This document shows, piece after piece, positions 1 to 13,722 of a stretch of DNA of 64,000 nucleotides (its first letter is position 1; each line of letters starts with the position of its first letter). Source of the DNA: Bigelowiella natans CCMP2755 (taxonomy: Eukaryota; Protista; Cercozoa); contig ADNK01001857.1 in NCBI GenBank assembly GCA_000320545.1, positions 21,707 to 85,706 of the forward strand, read 5' to 3'. Under the pieces are notes generated by a model, which ran no database searches, was not told where the DNA came from, and was given only the letters and a program-made list of their open reading frames with translations. The position numbers and the translations under genes are program-made.

Positions 1-821
1 TGTTGCACAGTACTGACTACTAAGTATAGCAGAATTCTATGAATTAAAGGCGGGACTAAGTTTTCTGGTGTAAAGAGAAGATGGTGCGAGGAACCATTTC
101 TTATCAATTTCTGTGGCGAAGTCACTAAATCCATCATTTGTATGTGAACATAAGCAACAGCTCGAAAAATGCTGGTGATAAAAAATAAATTATTACTTTT
201 TTGCTGGGTAATTTTGTGCCGATTTCCTAGTTATCGAAGAAGTGGCAGGACCAGGATCGCGTCCATAAATGGTCATGATTCTTTGGGAAAGTACCATAAG
301 ACCCTTGTCGGGGGTATATGGCCTGGCTAGACTCTTGGCGCGTTGAAGCAACCCCGAATCTTGCATCTTGCTCACAGGAAACTTTAGTCTCATCTTGATG
401 ATCGCACGAAAGACACTTCGTGTTACTTCAGTACCTTCTGAAGTTTTGATCCATTGGTAGAGAATTTCCAATCCCTTACATTCTGCGAAGCTAAAAACAA
501 TTCGGCATTATCAAGTTCGGAGCAAATGAAAGGACACTTTGCCTGCATTCACCTGTTTATTGAGGACCGATCACGAGATAGCTTCGGGATTGCAGTCCTT
601 AAGATGTGCATACGTTCGGATTCGTTCTGTGATCTTTTCAGCAGGTCAACGAACTTGGGGACTCTAGAAGAATGCATTGGCGCCTTTGGGTTTGATCCGG
701 ACAATGCCTTGATTGCTGTTATTAATTCTGACTGGAAACCCCTCCGGGTGGGTGCATCTGAAAGAAGTTCTCCCGTGGGACCATGGATGAGCCCTTCATC
801 CCGACCCGGTCGATATGCCAT
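1..821 (-). CDS. TFIIS N-terminal (LW/TND)-like domain protein; 3' end probably continues toward or beyond the window start
   Basis: Exon 821-553 spliced (GT..AG) to exon 490-197 gives ...FVDLLKRSQNESERMHILRTAI...INSFAECKGLEILYQWIK...KMQDSGLLQRAKSLAR, resembling the TND helical bundle of PNUTS/IWS1/SET2-type proteins. Donor at 196; later exons unresolved. Confidence 0.5.
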
Positions 822-1275
822 CGGCAGGCAACTGCGGCGTGGAGTTCTGTCTGCTAGAACGATACGAGGCTCTAAAACCCGCCGGGACTTGATGATTTAG
901 TCCTAAATAGAGGGGAATTACATGCTACGTCATCTCACAAGAAATGCGACTACAATACAAATTCGACACTCCCAGAACGACAAGAGTTTGAAGAGAAAAA
1001 GCATATCATCACAGATAAGCAGAAATATACTGCATATTTACATGACGTACGCATAAAACCATTGCTGTTTGACGGAAAACTGAAAGAGCAACACATCGAT
1101 TTCCAGCGGGTTAAATCTTAACTGTAATCATAGCAGCCATCAGCCTCCTTCGTCGGTATGGATGGAAGGGGGAAGAATTCTTTTTCTTTTGCAGTGGATC
1201 CACATTACGAACAATAATAAAAAGTCTCACTTCGGAAGGTAGACAGGAGGAAATCAGCTTTTCAGAGTATCTGAA
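822..1275. promoter_or_regulatory. Putative bidirectional promoter and 5' UTRs (TND gene / KA1 gene)
   Basis: Divergent start codons 455 bp apart; positional inference only. Confidence 0.5.
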
Positions 1276-2379
1276 ATGGAGAGGAAGGATGAATTCACCG
1301 ATCAGGACGCGAAGGGATCCTTCATGGACTCAAATAACATTTTGGTCTTGAAGCATCACACTTCAGACCCACTTGTTTATCGTTCAGCAGGGATGCCAAG
1401 AATGAAACAACTAGTATTTTCTCAACATTCTTCTTTGGGGAGATCTTTAACACCTACAGGTGTTGGAAAAGCTGAGGATCCTAGGATGATATTCACTCCA
1501 GCCTCGTCATCTTCTTCTGTTCCTCCTCTTCCGGAGGAAGTTAATGGAAAAACACTTATTCATTTCGATGCTCTACCAGCAAATGTTATCATGAAGAAAC
1601 TTCGAAGGGAGCTCGATAAACTAGATTGTGAGTATTCCTCGGCAAAAAATAAGGTGTGTATCTTTAAGATTACTCTACTAGTGTCCGTGCCGTGACTAAG
1701 TCTGTTCTTCTTCCAATTGAAAACTTAGATTGAAGGCAAGATAATCCAAGGTACCGAATTGTACCAATTTTGTGCCAGCCTTTATACCCTGGACCCCAAG
1801 GAAGGCGGAAAAGTGAGACGCTTGGGTTTAGATATGCAGCTCCTTCAAGGCGAGAGAACTCCTTGGTTCAGATTTCTCGCAAGGCTTACCGAGGTTCTTG
1901 AGGGGAAAATTGATCACGATGTACGCGAATTTGTGGAAGGATACTTTGATCTCCCTGACCTCGAAAGCTTCTCAGGACAAAGTGTCGCACCTGATAGGGA
2001 ATACCTCAAGTCATGTACTGCAATGGTAGAGTCATGTTTTTTAGAAAACCAAGTGAGCGGGCTGAAGGGGATCAAGGAAATATTAGACATCTGTTCTAGA
2101 GGAGATATTCTGGCAATGAATCTAGCATTACCAGTTATTGAGACAATAACTAAGGCATTAGAGTCCAAGGACTTGACGGTTTTCCGTGTTGCTTCTGACC
2201 TTCTCTCCAGGGTTTTAATTTTACATCAAGACGATGCCAAAATCTGCGATCCACTTCAAGCAGTATTTAAAAAAATGGATATTTTTATAGCTGAGCAGCA
2301 AAAGGAAGGATTTGAGCTTCGATACATTAAGAAGAAAATAAGACAATGTCGTTCACTGTTGAAACTAGATGAATCATAG
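1276..2379 (+). CDS. Protein with a KA1-like domain followed by a helical (ARM/HEAT-like) region; no kinase domain
   Basis: Exons 1276-1653 and 1729-2379 join in frame across a GT-AG intron. ANVIMKKLRRELDKLDCEY...YQFCASLYTL...LDMQLLQGERTPWFRFLARL resembles the KA1 pattern (family call from pattern memory). Confidence 0.6.
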
Positions 2380-2419
2380 AAAATAATAGAAATGATAAAC
2401 TTTTAACCATGCCGTGATT

Positions 2420-3200
2420 ATTCCAGAAGCTTCATGTGTGACGCAATGTACGCGTAACCTCTTGTGTGAGCGTGAACACATGTCACGACGGAACAGCATC
2501 ATCAAACATGAATAATTCATTGCAACATGCGTTACCACAGCCAGAGCTGACATGTCAACCGTCATGGTAGGCAGGCTATTATGAGGCGCATTGTTGTTCA
2601 TATGTGCCTACTACTCTAGTACTGCGGGCATCAACATGTGTAGATCTGTTCCTAATTGCTAGATTGCTGCTGTGTGCATCTATGACTCTAGGATTTGTTA
2701 GACAGATTGTTGTCAGCACACGAGCTATAGCTAGTGACATGGAAAATTACATTCAGCTATTGAGCTTGTGCTAGCTATATAGCTAGGCACATGTGTGTGG
2801 CTCGATCGCCGCGCCTGCTCGCACATTTGCGATTGCTGGATGTAAGCTTGCATCTTGTGTGCTTGTGCGTGGCTGCTATTTATTGGATGTGCCTCGTGCT
2901 TGTTCACATGCACCACATCATGATTGCACTTCATGAGCTCGCTTGTGCTGCGCGTGAGTGTCGTACTAGCTTGTGCATGTGTCATCGTGTCACGTCGATC
3001 GTGTGATGTCCCATAATGACGTGTGGCACGGATGCACATGTGGGTTGTGCACACGGTCCTACGCCATGCACGTGCTGGCGGTCACCATGCAGACACATGA
3101 ATAGACACAAGAGCGCACAGATTAGAGATTGCGAAAAGATTCGTTGTACTGTCTGCTGAGTGTGTGGTGCGGCATGCAAAACACGAGATTCTTTTGTTGA
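2420..3200. other. RY-alternating, palindrome-rich intergenic block (convergent junction)
   Basis: Dense CATG, TGCA, AGCT, CTAG and CACGTG-like words with few homopolymer runs, between the KA1 (+) and GAR1 (-) 3' ends. Confidence 0.7.
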
Positions 3201-3326
3201 TCATTGTTGCCGAGAAGATGCGATGTTCTCCGAACCTACATCTGCTCGCTTCTCAAGCTGCTCTTTGATGCACAAAATGTTTCAAAACTGCTTTTGTGTT
3301 GCATGTTTTTGAAAATGTTGTAGTGT

Positions 3327-4247
3327 TTACCATCGACGTCCCCTTCCTCTACCACCCCCCCCTCTTCCCCTTCCACGACCTCCACCTCTGCCTCCCCTTC
3401 CTCGTCCACCTCCCCTTCCCCCTCGTCCACCACGGCCACGGCCACCTCGGCCACCTCGTCCACCTCGACCTCGGCCACCTCGACCTCGGCCACGTCCGCC
3501 AGATTTTTTAGGATTTGTGAATCGCGACATTGGGAGCAGTTTCATTGGATCGATAAAGAATGAATTTTTCTGTATGGAAATGTGCTATCAGCAACAGCAA
3601 AATTTTTTGTTTTTATGAAAAGTTGTTTCTCCTCACCTCTTCGAACGAGTTTGAATTTATTCCAGGATCCAACTTTACCGTAAAAAAAGTCTCGTTGATG
3701 GGACCCAAAACCTAGATAAATATCACGGCTCAGCAGATTGAAACATAATATGTGGAAGCGATAGCAATATATCAGTGTGCACAGATGGTTGACCTCTTCA
3801 ATTTTTCCTATTTTTTGCTTATTTTGGAGATATATTGGAGCGTTGAAATATGGGATCTGATGAAAGTAAATGAGTAACCGCTTTGATCCACTCTTTTTTC
3901 CAATCTAAAATTTCGTACCTTCTCGTTTGTAAGCTTACAAAGCATCTCAGACTCGCATGGGTGGATGAAGGTTCCAACTTCTATTAATATACCAAAAAAA
4001 ATGCAAGCAACATTGACCCACCATAGTAATTGAGTAGGTGCGCTTATACTTTCTTTTGCGTGTTTGTGTTCATGTGTTTTCGTGTGTGTGTGTGTGTGTG
4101 TGTGTGTATGTTTGTGTGCGTTGTCTCACCGACTACAGTCGCGGGGGGTCCTGCATCGTAACCTCTGCCCCTGCCCCTTCCTCTTCCTCCTCTACCCCTG
4201 CCTCTCCCTCTTCCTCGCGGACTTCTTCCGCCTCTGTTGAATCCCAT
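3327..4247 (-). CDS. GAR1: H/ACA snoRNP subunit GAR1
   Basis: Five phase-consistent exons: 4247-4130, 3980-3919, 3856-3794, 3711-3637, 3569-3327. RGG-rich ends flank the core [56 protein letters not shown]...FFIDPMKLLPMSRF. Confidence 0.97.
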
Positions 4248-4790
4248 TAGATGGATGTGTTCGGTGCGACGTCTTATTACTGAGTAGGATTGCCCCCCCC
4301 TGTTCTTGATTAGGCACCTGAGCTTGTTCGCTTGCTTGTATGTAGCTCCGTGGCAATTTCCCGTAATGGCTTGAGTTTATCATCTGCGACAAGTGAAAAC
4401 ATACCCCTTCTTTTCATATTCGAGTCTTACATTTTCTTGGCTCTTCAGTTGCATCATTTTAGTGTTGCGAGATTGTTTTGTCTGGTCTAGATCTAATGTC
4501 TTAAAAATCCAAAAACGAAAGTCAAATGTGATTTTTTTCACAACTGTACATGTAGTATTCTACCCCTAAAATAAAATCTGAAAATCAGAAGCTCAAGCAG
4601 CCACAAAGGGGAAAAAAAAAGTAACAAATTAAATTCAACGATGGTTAAAATCTCGATGATTTATTTGAAGTAATCGCATATTTGAATGATATGTCTTATT
4701 ATTAGATGTACTGAACAAATCTATTGAAAATACCCACCAGAATTCAACCGCAAGGAGGAAGCGAAGCGTAGGAAGAGGACCTACCTCATT
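4248..4790. promoter_or_regulatory. Putative bidirectional promoter and 5' UTRs (GAR1 / PITH)
   Basis: Divergent start codons 544 bp apart; positional inference only. Confidence 0.55.
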
Positions 4791-4962
4791 ATGGCGGTAA
4801 CTAGAGACAGTAACTACCCAATATTAGTACGGACACAGTAATTTTCTCCCTATCTTCTCTTTAGGATTTAACGAAGTACGTGGACGCAGCTAAAGTCACA
4901 GCCCTAAACTACGGTGACACCTATGGAGAAGCTTAGAATTGGAAAGAAGAACATACAAAATA

Positions 4963-5007
<45 letters not shown>

Positions 5008-5008
5008 A

Positions 5009-5047
<39 letters not shown>

Positions 5048-5706
5048 AATATTACATACATATGTAATGTGACATTGTCCAGATAAATCCACAAAGCCGG
5101 AAAGTATATTTGGAGGGCAGGGACTTATCAAGAGTGATACAGATGAGCAACTACTCATAGTAGTTCCATTCACTGAGGTCTCCACTCTAATAAGTTGGCG
5201 TTTGCCAAATAACTCAGAATACTTACTCACCAGTGATATGTATTCTTTATAGGAGGTGAAAATTCGTCATATATCATTTTCTGCAGAGGGAAAGGAGGGT
5301 AATCAAAATATTTTTGGAATTAATAAATATCCATAATCTCTTTACACCACTCATTCAGGTATTGACTCGGCACCAAAGATAGTTAAAATCTTTAAAAATG
5401 CCGAAAGTATGGAATTTGAAGAGGCGGAAGATACAGAACCAACTGCACAGCTTGACCTTTCCGCTGACGACTTGAAAAATGCCGAGAAGCTCAAACTTAA
5501 ATTCACGAAATTTCAAGACGTTAATTCTATCACGATTTTCGTAGAATCCAATCAAGGTGATGAGGACGTGTCATTCTTGAGCAACGTGACATTCTATGGG
5601 CAGTCGAAGCCAGGTATATAGAAGGCTGGGGTTATTGTTTGTTTCTAAAAACTGAGGGGCGTGCTTTTTAGGAACTAATATGAAGGAGTTAAAGAAAGCT
5701 GGATGA
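4791..5706 (+). CDS. PITH-domain protein (PITHD1/TXNL1-C type)
   Basis: Exons 4791-4796, 4865-4913, 5083-5177, 5253-5298, 5359-5613, 5672-5706. Motifs KSDTDEQLLIVVPF, APKIVKIF, LKFTKFQDVNSITIFVESNQG, GTNMKELKK. Confidence 0.92.
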
Positions 5707-6079
5707 GGTTAATTGCGCCCAAGACTACGTGCTACGTGTTCTTTAGTTAATACAATTTAAAGGACATAGAAGCTCACCTTGTGCGCAAACCTTAAGTACG
5801 AAATGTACAATCAATGTGGTACTTACACTTCGGCCCTGTGAAGATGCAAAGCAAAAAGCCAACCAGCTTTGTGTTGGAGGATATCATACGGTGTTCGTTG
5901 ATAATTTATAATTTCATGAATTGCAATTATCACCATGAACGATTTAAGAGGTAAAATATATACTACTAGCTTCCGTACCATCATCTTTCATTTTTATATA
6001 TTCATTTGTGAACACTCACATGTGGAATGAGCTCGCAGATTTATAGAATTTAGTACTTAATATAATCTGTAAGTTATTC

Positions 6080-6500
6080 TGATAAGTCATGCATGCCTTC
6101 TAGCCTTGTTGGCCTGCTTAGCTTGGCAGCACAGATGTGAGTATGATGAGCTGTAGAGCGTAGAGCAGTTGCTCAACATTTACGATCGCTGCCCAAATAA
6201 AACTAACGCTGTAGCTGCGCAGCCTTCGTGATCGCACTCGCTGCACACACGTGTCGATGTCACGGTAATCATATTTAATACTCCGCCTGCGTTATATGTT
6301 GTCATAGAGCGTAGCGGAATGCGCACCGCTATGTCAGATGTAGCATTCGTAAGCACATCTAGCTATGCCTTATTCATATATTGTACCTGACACGGCGCGA
6401 TTTACGTATCGTTTAATACACCACTACATTGCAAAACCATATGTTGCGCATGCTAGCTAATACTGGCGATACTCACGATAAGATTCACATTGCTTCATGA
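6080..6500. other. RY-alternating intergenic block (convergent junction)
   Basis: Same word usage, between PITH (+) and the GH43-like gene (-). Confidence 0.65.
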
Positions 6501-6509
6501 ATCGTGCCT

Positions 6510-7997
6510 TCATGTCTGCCTTAATGGTTGAACTAAAGTGTAAGATGCATCTCGCTGGGGCAATGATGATGACGAGGAGGAGCCTGTGTTGTACAGTACG
6601 TCGTCAAACATAGGTCCAGATGGTGAATCGATTACTGATGTTGAGAGAGCAATCGGAATTCTTCGTAAAGAAACTCCATCTTCGTTGCTATCATTATTTT
6701 TTGTTGGTGGACCGAAGATGAGGTGTGGACGTTCACGCCGGTAGAACGAGTAATTCTTCCCATTAGCGAAAGGTACATTGATGCGTGGATATGCACAACC
6801 CCCGAGATCCTCTGGCGGTAGCAATGGCGCAACTCTCCACGTTCCTGCTAATCCCGATCTTGAATAGTAATGACGCCCACAGTCTCCAGATGCATTGGTT
6901 TTATAGTGAGCACCACGATCTCCGTTATGAGATAGAATATGATATATACCCCTACACATTAAAAAAATATTGTGCGCATTTTAATGATTTTTTGCGATTT
7001 TTTCTTGTTAGATACGTAAGTTTGCGATTTTAAGGCAGAATAGATGTGAGTTGATTTCATTAAACCTGGAATCGATCCACATGCTTGGATCTTCTCCTTC
7101 CCAAGGGGTCGGAGGATCAGTATTGAAATCAGGCGCTTGCCCAATGTCCTCGTACTTAATTGGATCTCTCCAATCATCTGACCGCCATATATCCCACCTC
7201 GTCCATGCCAGAAGAGTTCCATTAGGCAGTATCACTGGAGCGAGATTGAGGTCGATCTGAGGACTTAGCCGTGGATGATTAGCTTGCTCACATGTCCCGT
7301 TTCCAAACCCTGAAACCTGGGTCGCACAGAGCGATTGAAGCGGTGACCAAGGTCCGTAGGGACTCTTTGATGTCGTAAAATAGCTGAACATTGTCTTGTT
7401 TACGCCACAGCCGCACTCGACGTTGCATGATGATCCACCGCTAGCTGAAGTACCATCTGAGCATGTGCAAGTTGGACAGTCAGCCACGGATCCATTTGGA
7501 TAGAAGGTCACAAACAAAGCAAGTGTCCCATCCGGAGCTTCTGTAACTATGGGTTCGTGCGAGAATATTGGCAATACAGGATCTCCAACTTTTTCAAAGC
7601 GCCAATCATCCTTCTCTCCTTTGGAGACAGCATGTACAACGAAAGAATTCGTCGTCCACCGATGGATACCACAGCTTTGTGATATTTCTGAGGCAAACAT
7701 GTGATACATGCCTGTTTCATTTTTGTAAATCACTGAGCCTCCCCATGTACTCGTCGGCTTTCCATTGGGAGGTCGATGGAGGAGATTAAAACCCGATCCA
7801 TTTGAGGCAGGAAGGAGATCAAGCTGATGGCAGTATACACCCGTCCATCCGGTGAAACAATCGCATCCCCCATCCGTACAAGCCCCGTTGAAGGAACAGT
7901 CTTCGTCCTTCCGACAAGAAGGGGATGACAAAGACAATGGTAGTGCCGTTATCATCCAAATCCCAAGCAAATGCACAGGCCCTGGAAACAGTAGCAT
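6510..7997 (-). CDS. Secreted protein: signal peptide, EGF-like domain, GH43/GH32-like five-bladed beta-propeller
   Basis: Exons 7997-7066 and 6951-6510. Hydrophobic N-terminus; EGF motif CSFNGACTDGGCDCFTGWTGVYC; propeller motifs TWGGSVI, YHMFASE, SHEP, EDPSMWIDSRGIYHILSH, RRERPHLIF. Confidence 0.75.
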
Positions 7998-8473
7998 TCG
8001 ATGCTCCTCGATTCAGTAGTAGTAAGTTGCAGTAGGTCAGATATGATAGATAGATGCCGGGTCGTTGCTCGTACGAGGGGTTGTTTGTTTCTAGATGGTG
8101 GTTGGGGTTGATGATGGTAATACGAAATGATCAATGATAATCATGATAATGATGTCGCACAAACAAAATCCAATGCATTTCGTGTTGTTTCAGTAAGGGA
8201 TATGTCGCACGATAAGTATTGCCTACATTTAATGGTTTATTCCTGCTTAACAGGAGAGCGCAACATCATCATCGGATGTTTTAAGAACAACAACTACTCA
8301 GTAATAATTAATATGCCCTACCCACGCTACTGCTGCTGTACGAGTAGCAGTAGTAGACAGATAGCTGCTGCTGCTATGTGGTGGTGGTGGTAGTGGTGGT
8401 GGTAGTGGTGGTAGTGTGGTGGTGGAACATCCGCACTTGAGTCCTGCTCTCTACGAAAGGAGGAAGAAAGAGA

Positions 8474-10262
8474 ATGGGTGAAGAACCAGAAGTAAGGGGA
8501 AAGCGCATACTCTCCGATCCCACCGCTCTGGTTTCTCACATCATGCAGCAGCAGCGTGGTGATACTACTGCTACTGCTGGATCAGATCATCATAATAATA
8601 ATACACGCAGATGCAGCATCGACGGATACTTTCACACGCCAACGCTGAGGCCACGAAGGCACGGGGGATTTGACGGAAGGATTTTGACGACTCCTATCCT
8701 AGAAGGGGGGACTTCGAGAAGAACCTCTCTGTCCTCCCTCACAGACTATTTCGATCTCAGAACCTCAAATTTAGACTTAGGAGAACCTTCAGGAAGAAGA
8801 GAAGGGGGGGGGGGCTCCCTTCTTCATCAGTCAAAATCCGAGGAAGAACTCACCTACGGGAACAGCAGAGGACACAAACCAACTACGGCTGATCTTAAAG
8901 CCTCGAATGTTCGAGCAGTCTTTGCCATCATGTGTATAGGTGCTGATCAAGAGACTTTTTTGGAAACATATTACGCATTGAACATAGAAGTAGTAGTAGT
9001 GGTGGTGGTGGTGATGGTGGTAGTAGGGTAACAGCATATACGATGATGCCCACTACAAATCTTATTGCAATTAATGCTTTCATGCTGCAGGTTTTACTGT
9101 AGAATTCTTCTGGGCCGTTGGAGAGGTTGACAGGCTATTTGTTTGTGCATGATTGAATGTGATTTCTTATTTGAGAAATCATGTGTCGTCAACATCGTTG
9201 TCTCTCTCCTCACAGGTGGTAATAATGCCCTTACTGGAGTTGCAGGGAGCAAGCTTGTCTGGTATATATCATCAAGCAGCTGAAATATTAGAAACATTCA
9301 AAACTACTACTATATTAATAATGATGATGCTAACAACACATGACAACGACAAAAATGGTGTATCCATCCATCCTGTAAAGGGAATAATAACGTCTCCATT
9401 TTCCTGATGATATTCGCTCGGGATCCTTTGTTGAACGCATCATCACTGCCTTGATCGCCGTAGTCATGAGGATAGCGAGAGATGTCGTATTGCATGATGA
9501 TCATGATGAAAACTGATATCATCATCCTTCTTTATTTTGCTGCTGTTAGTCAGCCAATTCTCTTCAATTCATGTCATCGTCGTCACAGCCATTTCATCAC
9601 ATTTCAATTATTATAAACAGAGGCATCTGGCGTGATGTTACTGTGTCCGGTGTTGACTCTTATACTACACCCCCTAATCGGATCATGGTACGTTGTATAC
9701 TGTTTTATGATTATCATGTGTTTCATAATGGTGGTGCTGGTGGTGGTGCCGACGATGGTCTCACATAATGCCCTCCCCCTCCCTCTCTATAGGTCTGATA
9801 GAATGGGAAGGAAAATTCCAATGGTTACAGCTGCTCTCTTTGGTAGTTGTTATGAAGTCTGAGAGATATTAATGCCTAGGTTCCTTCTCTCTTGTATTCT
9901 TCATACATATTGTTGTGTCCTCCTTCCTACCTTCCTTCCTTCCTTCTCATGAAGATGATGATGATGATAATGATGATGATGATGTGTGGAAAACAACAGG
10001 CAGCTTGTCCCTATTCTGCCTCCTGTTTCAAGATACACTTTTCTCATCAAGCTACAGTAATAGTCATTCTTTCTCTCAACAGAAGTTCTAGTAGTAGTAG
10101 ACAATTTCATCATTCTTTCTCTCAACAGAAGTTCTAGTAGTAGTAGACAATTTCATCATTCTTTCTCTCAACAGAAGTTCTAGTAGTAGTAGACAATTTC
10201 ATCGAGTAGTGGTGCGCTTGGATTGTTTCCCCCCTACTGAACGTCGTGGTGGTGGTGGTGTT

Positions 10263-10297
<35 letters not shown>

Positions 10298-11680
10298 CAC
10301 AATTGATTAATTATTCGTTGAATGATCATCAGGCTACTATTTCACAATCATTGCTTATGGAGTGTCTGAGACGGTTGTTTGCTATACTAGTGTAGTAATT
10401 AGTAGTAGTAGTAGTAACTATTGAGAGCGAAACGACGACAGGATGAATGTAGTACAACTACTTCTCTCAAGAGTTATTAGTTTACGATGATCTCATGATG
10501 TATCGTACGTGATTTTGCCGCTGCTTCTTGCTTGCAGAAGTAATATTTGCAGTGTGTCATTATCATGAATATCATCTAATCATCTATTTTTAATACTACC
10601 ATTATTGTAGGCACACGATCTGCTTTACACTCTTGGACGAGCACTAACACATGACCATGCCGCTGACCTTGAAGGGGGGCTACAACAAATTACCAGTGAA
10701 TTCTCAGCGGTTATGAAGTGCGGACGGTTGTTAGGTGATGATAAGGCGACTAAACATAAATGATATTATGTAAGCTTAATCGGATTTTGATGGAAATATT
10801 ATCCGGGCAAATTATATGTACAGTTATAATATATGTATACATATTTATATTTCTGATCTGTTACCCAAACCTCGCTGCTCCTTCCTCTTGTCATAACTTT
10901 GCTGCTGCTAATCGAGTAGGATTTTTGATAAGCGTTTTTCATGTTGAAGCTATTCTGCTACAATGGAACAAAGATGACGATCATGATCATGATACTGAGC
11001 AACGAGTTATACCAGCAAACTTAGAGCAACTTGGCTGCGGGGATCAATTAGATGATAATCTGTAATTATCCACATACACGTCGTTCACTTTCTTTTTCTT
11101 CCTATTCTTCTTTTTGTGACGATTTCCTCCACCTCACTTCTACTCTCTTTCTATTACAGAATCGATACAGCCCTTCATTCAAAGATTCTCTTCGGTGTCG
11201 TGTTTTTCTTTTGGTAAGAATATAGCTGTTTGGATAGATGCAAGATGATACTGTACATTGTTAGGTTGTTCCTGTATATTGACTAATTGGGTTGCCTGTA
11301 ATCGTTGTTCAATGATGCAATTCTTATGATGCTTGTTATCGTTGTTCTCCTCCTCCTCCTCCTACTCCTCCTCCTCATCATCATCGTCATCATCGTCATC
11401 ATCATCATCATCATCATCATATCATGAACAAATGTTGCTAAAATCAGGACTGCTTCCACAATAGGAGTGATGTTGTTTGTCACCGACAAAAAGCAGCACC
11501 AACAACAACAACCTGAGAAGTTAAAAGAAATACGGAACGTATGCGATGATGATAATAGTAATGTTGGCGATGATAATCATCATCATCGTCATCAGCATCA
11601 TCATTCTCATCATCATCATCATCAACAACAACAACAACAACATCCCTCTGCAGCTTTGGATAGTATCAATAACCACATTC

Positions 11681-11726
<46 letters not shown>

Positions 11727-11877
11727 GCGTCCACATGATAGTAAGAGGACAACGAGGAAGAACAGAAATATTAATGATGATGATGATAATGATGATGAGG
11801 ATGATAAGAGGAGGAGGACCAACTATGGAGCACTTTCTTCTTCTTCTTGTTGTTCCGATAATAAATCACCACCTTCG

Positions 11878-11915
<38 letters not shown>

Positions 11916-12397
11916 GAGGGATCAGCAGCAGCAGCAGCAGCAGCAACAACAACAACAGCGACAAAGCACAACGGCACCTCGAAAACTAGTGGAAAATAGT
12001 AGTATGGGGCCATCATCATCATCATCACCATCATCATCATTTCTGCCTTTAGAGCGCATTGAACCATCACCATCTTTAGGAGAAAAGAGGTGGGTAGGTA
12101 GGTAGTTAGCAATAGCTCATATTAACATTATTAGATACTAATTGCTACATGATGTTATTGTGTGGTGGTATTTGTATTTGTCCATGAGCAGACGAGTGAT
12201 ATCTGTGGTTGTTCTCTGCCTTATTGAGTATGGAAACTGGGTGAACAGAGAGACAGACAGAGAGAGAGAGAGAGAGAGAGAGAGTGAGAGACCTACTTTC
12301 TTTTTCTTACATACTACTAACATCATGCTGCTGCTGCTGCTGCTTACTCACACATTTTCATATAATATACCTATATACGCATGCCACAAGCGCACAC

Positions 12398-12475
<78 letters not shown>

Positions 12476-12713
12476 GGATACTACAGCTTGACCAACAATA
12501 CAGCTGCCACACCAAATACAAGAACTTTTACTACTTAATATACGTTCTTTATACTGGGAATATGTGTACTTCTTCTTCTTCTTGTTGTTCTTAACTGCTG
12601 TGATCATCATCTCATTTATTGATTTGATGGAACACGTCACTTCTTGTTGTTCTCTTTGCTCTACATACTTGCTGTCTTGATTGTTTGATTATTTTTATTT
12701 TTATATTGTTATT

Positions 12714-12745
<32 letters not shown>

Positions 12746-13024
12746 GCTAAACAGATTATGGACACGGTCTTCTGCTTCTATTTTGTAATAATCATAGGAG
12801 AGACGAAGTAAGAGAGAATCAACAAATAACCATCCTCCTAACACACCATTACGACTTCCATGCATAGCCAATGATCACGAGCATGGCTGTAGTAACGTAC
12901 CATCCATCGATTTAAGTGCTTGTCGTGAGAACAACGATCATATGTGCTGTGTGCCTTAACAACAACATATTGAGAATTCAGGACTATCAATATTGTCATC
13001 ATCATCATCATCATTACTGTCATT

Positions 13025-13057
<33 letters not shown>

Positions 13058-13466
13058 TATTAGAACATTTTCGGGTACCCACTTAAGAGTAGGGTCCTCA
13101 TGCCTCACTGCACAGTCTCTTATTGCATTGGTAATATTTCATCTTCATATCACGATATTACCAGTAGTAGCTATAATCTACGCCGTATGTTGATATATAC
13201 ATATTACATGTTTCTTTTCCTCATTACTCCTTGCCTCAAGGTATTTTCTTTACTACTTCCCCGCATCAATGCGTATGCTGGTTCAAAGGTGCTTCTCCTA
13301 CTCCTCCTCCTCCTCCTCCTCATGATGATGATGATGATGGTGATGATTTGTGGAGAGAACGATGATATTATTACACATTAAAGACAACGGCTCTCTCTTG
13401 TGCGTCGTATGACGTATATAGTCATTCATTAGCAGCATTATGGTTTTTCGCAATCAAAAGTAGAAT

Positions 13467-13498
<32 letters not shown>

Positions 13499-13688
13499 CT
13501 GCATACAGTACAAACGTAATGATGCTCTTGATGATCAGTTTATATGGTACCTTGGAAACATGTCCTTTTGCATCCTTTGCATGATCATCCCATTCTACAG
13601 CAACCAGGTGCTATGATGTTAGTATTTCCTCCAACGATAACATATCATCACAATAGCAGCAAGGAATTAGGAAGTGACAGCAAAGCTC

Positions 13689-13722
<34 letters not shown>

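Noticed and set aside
454-900. 148-aa plus-strand ORF
   Set aside because: Antisense to the spliced TFIIS-N-like gene; no motifs.
10065-10202. Possible CRISPR array
   Set aside because: The repeats abut with no unique spacers, there are no cas genes, and the context is a eukaryotic intron.
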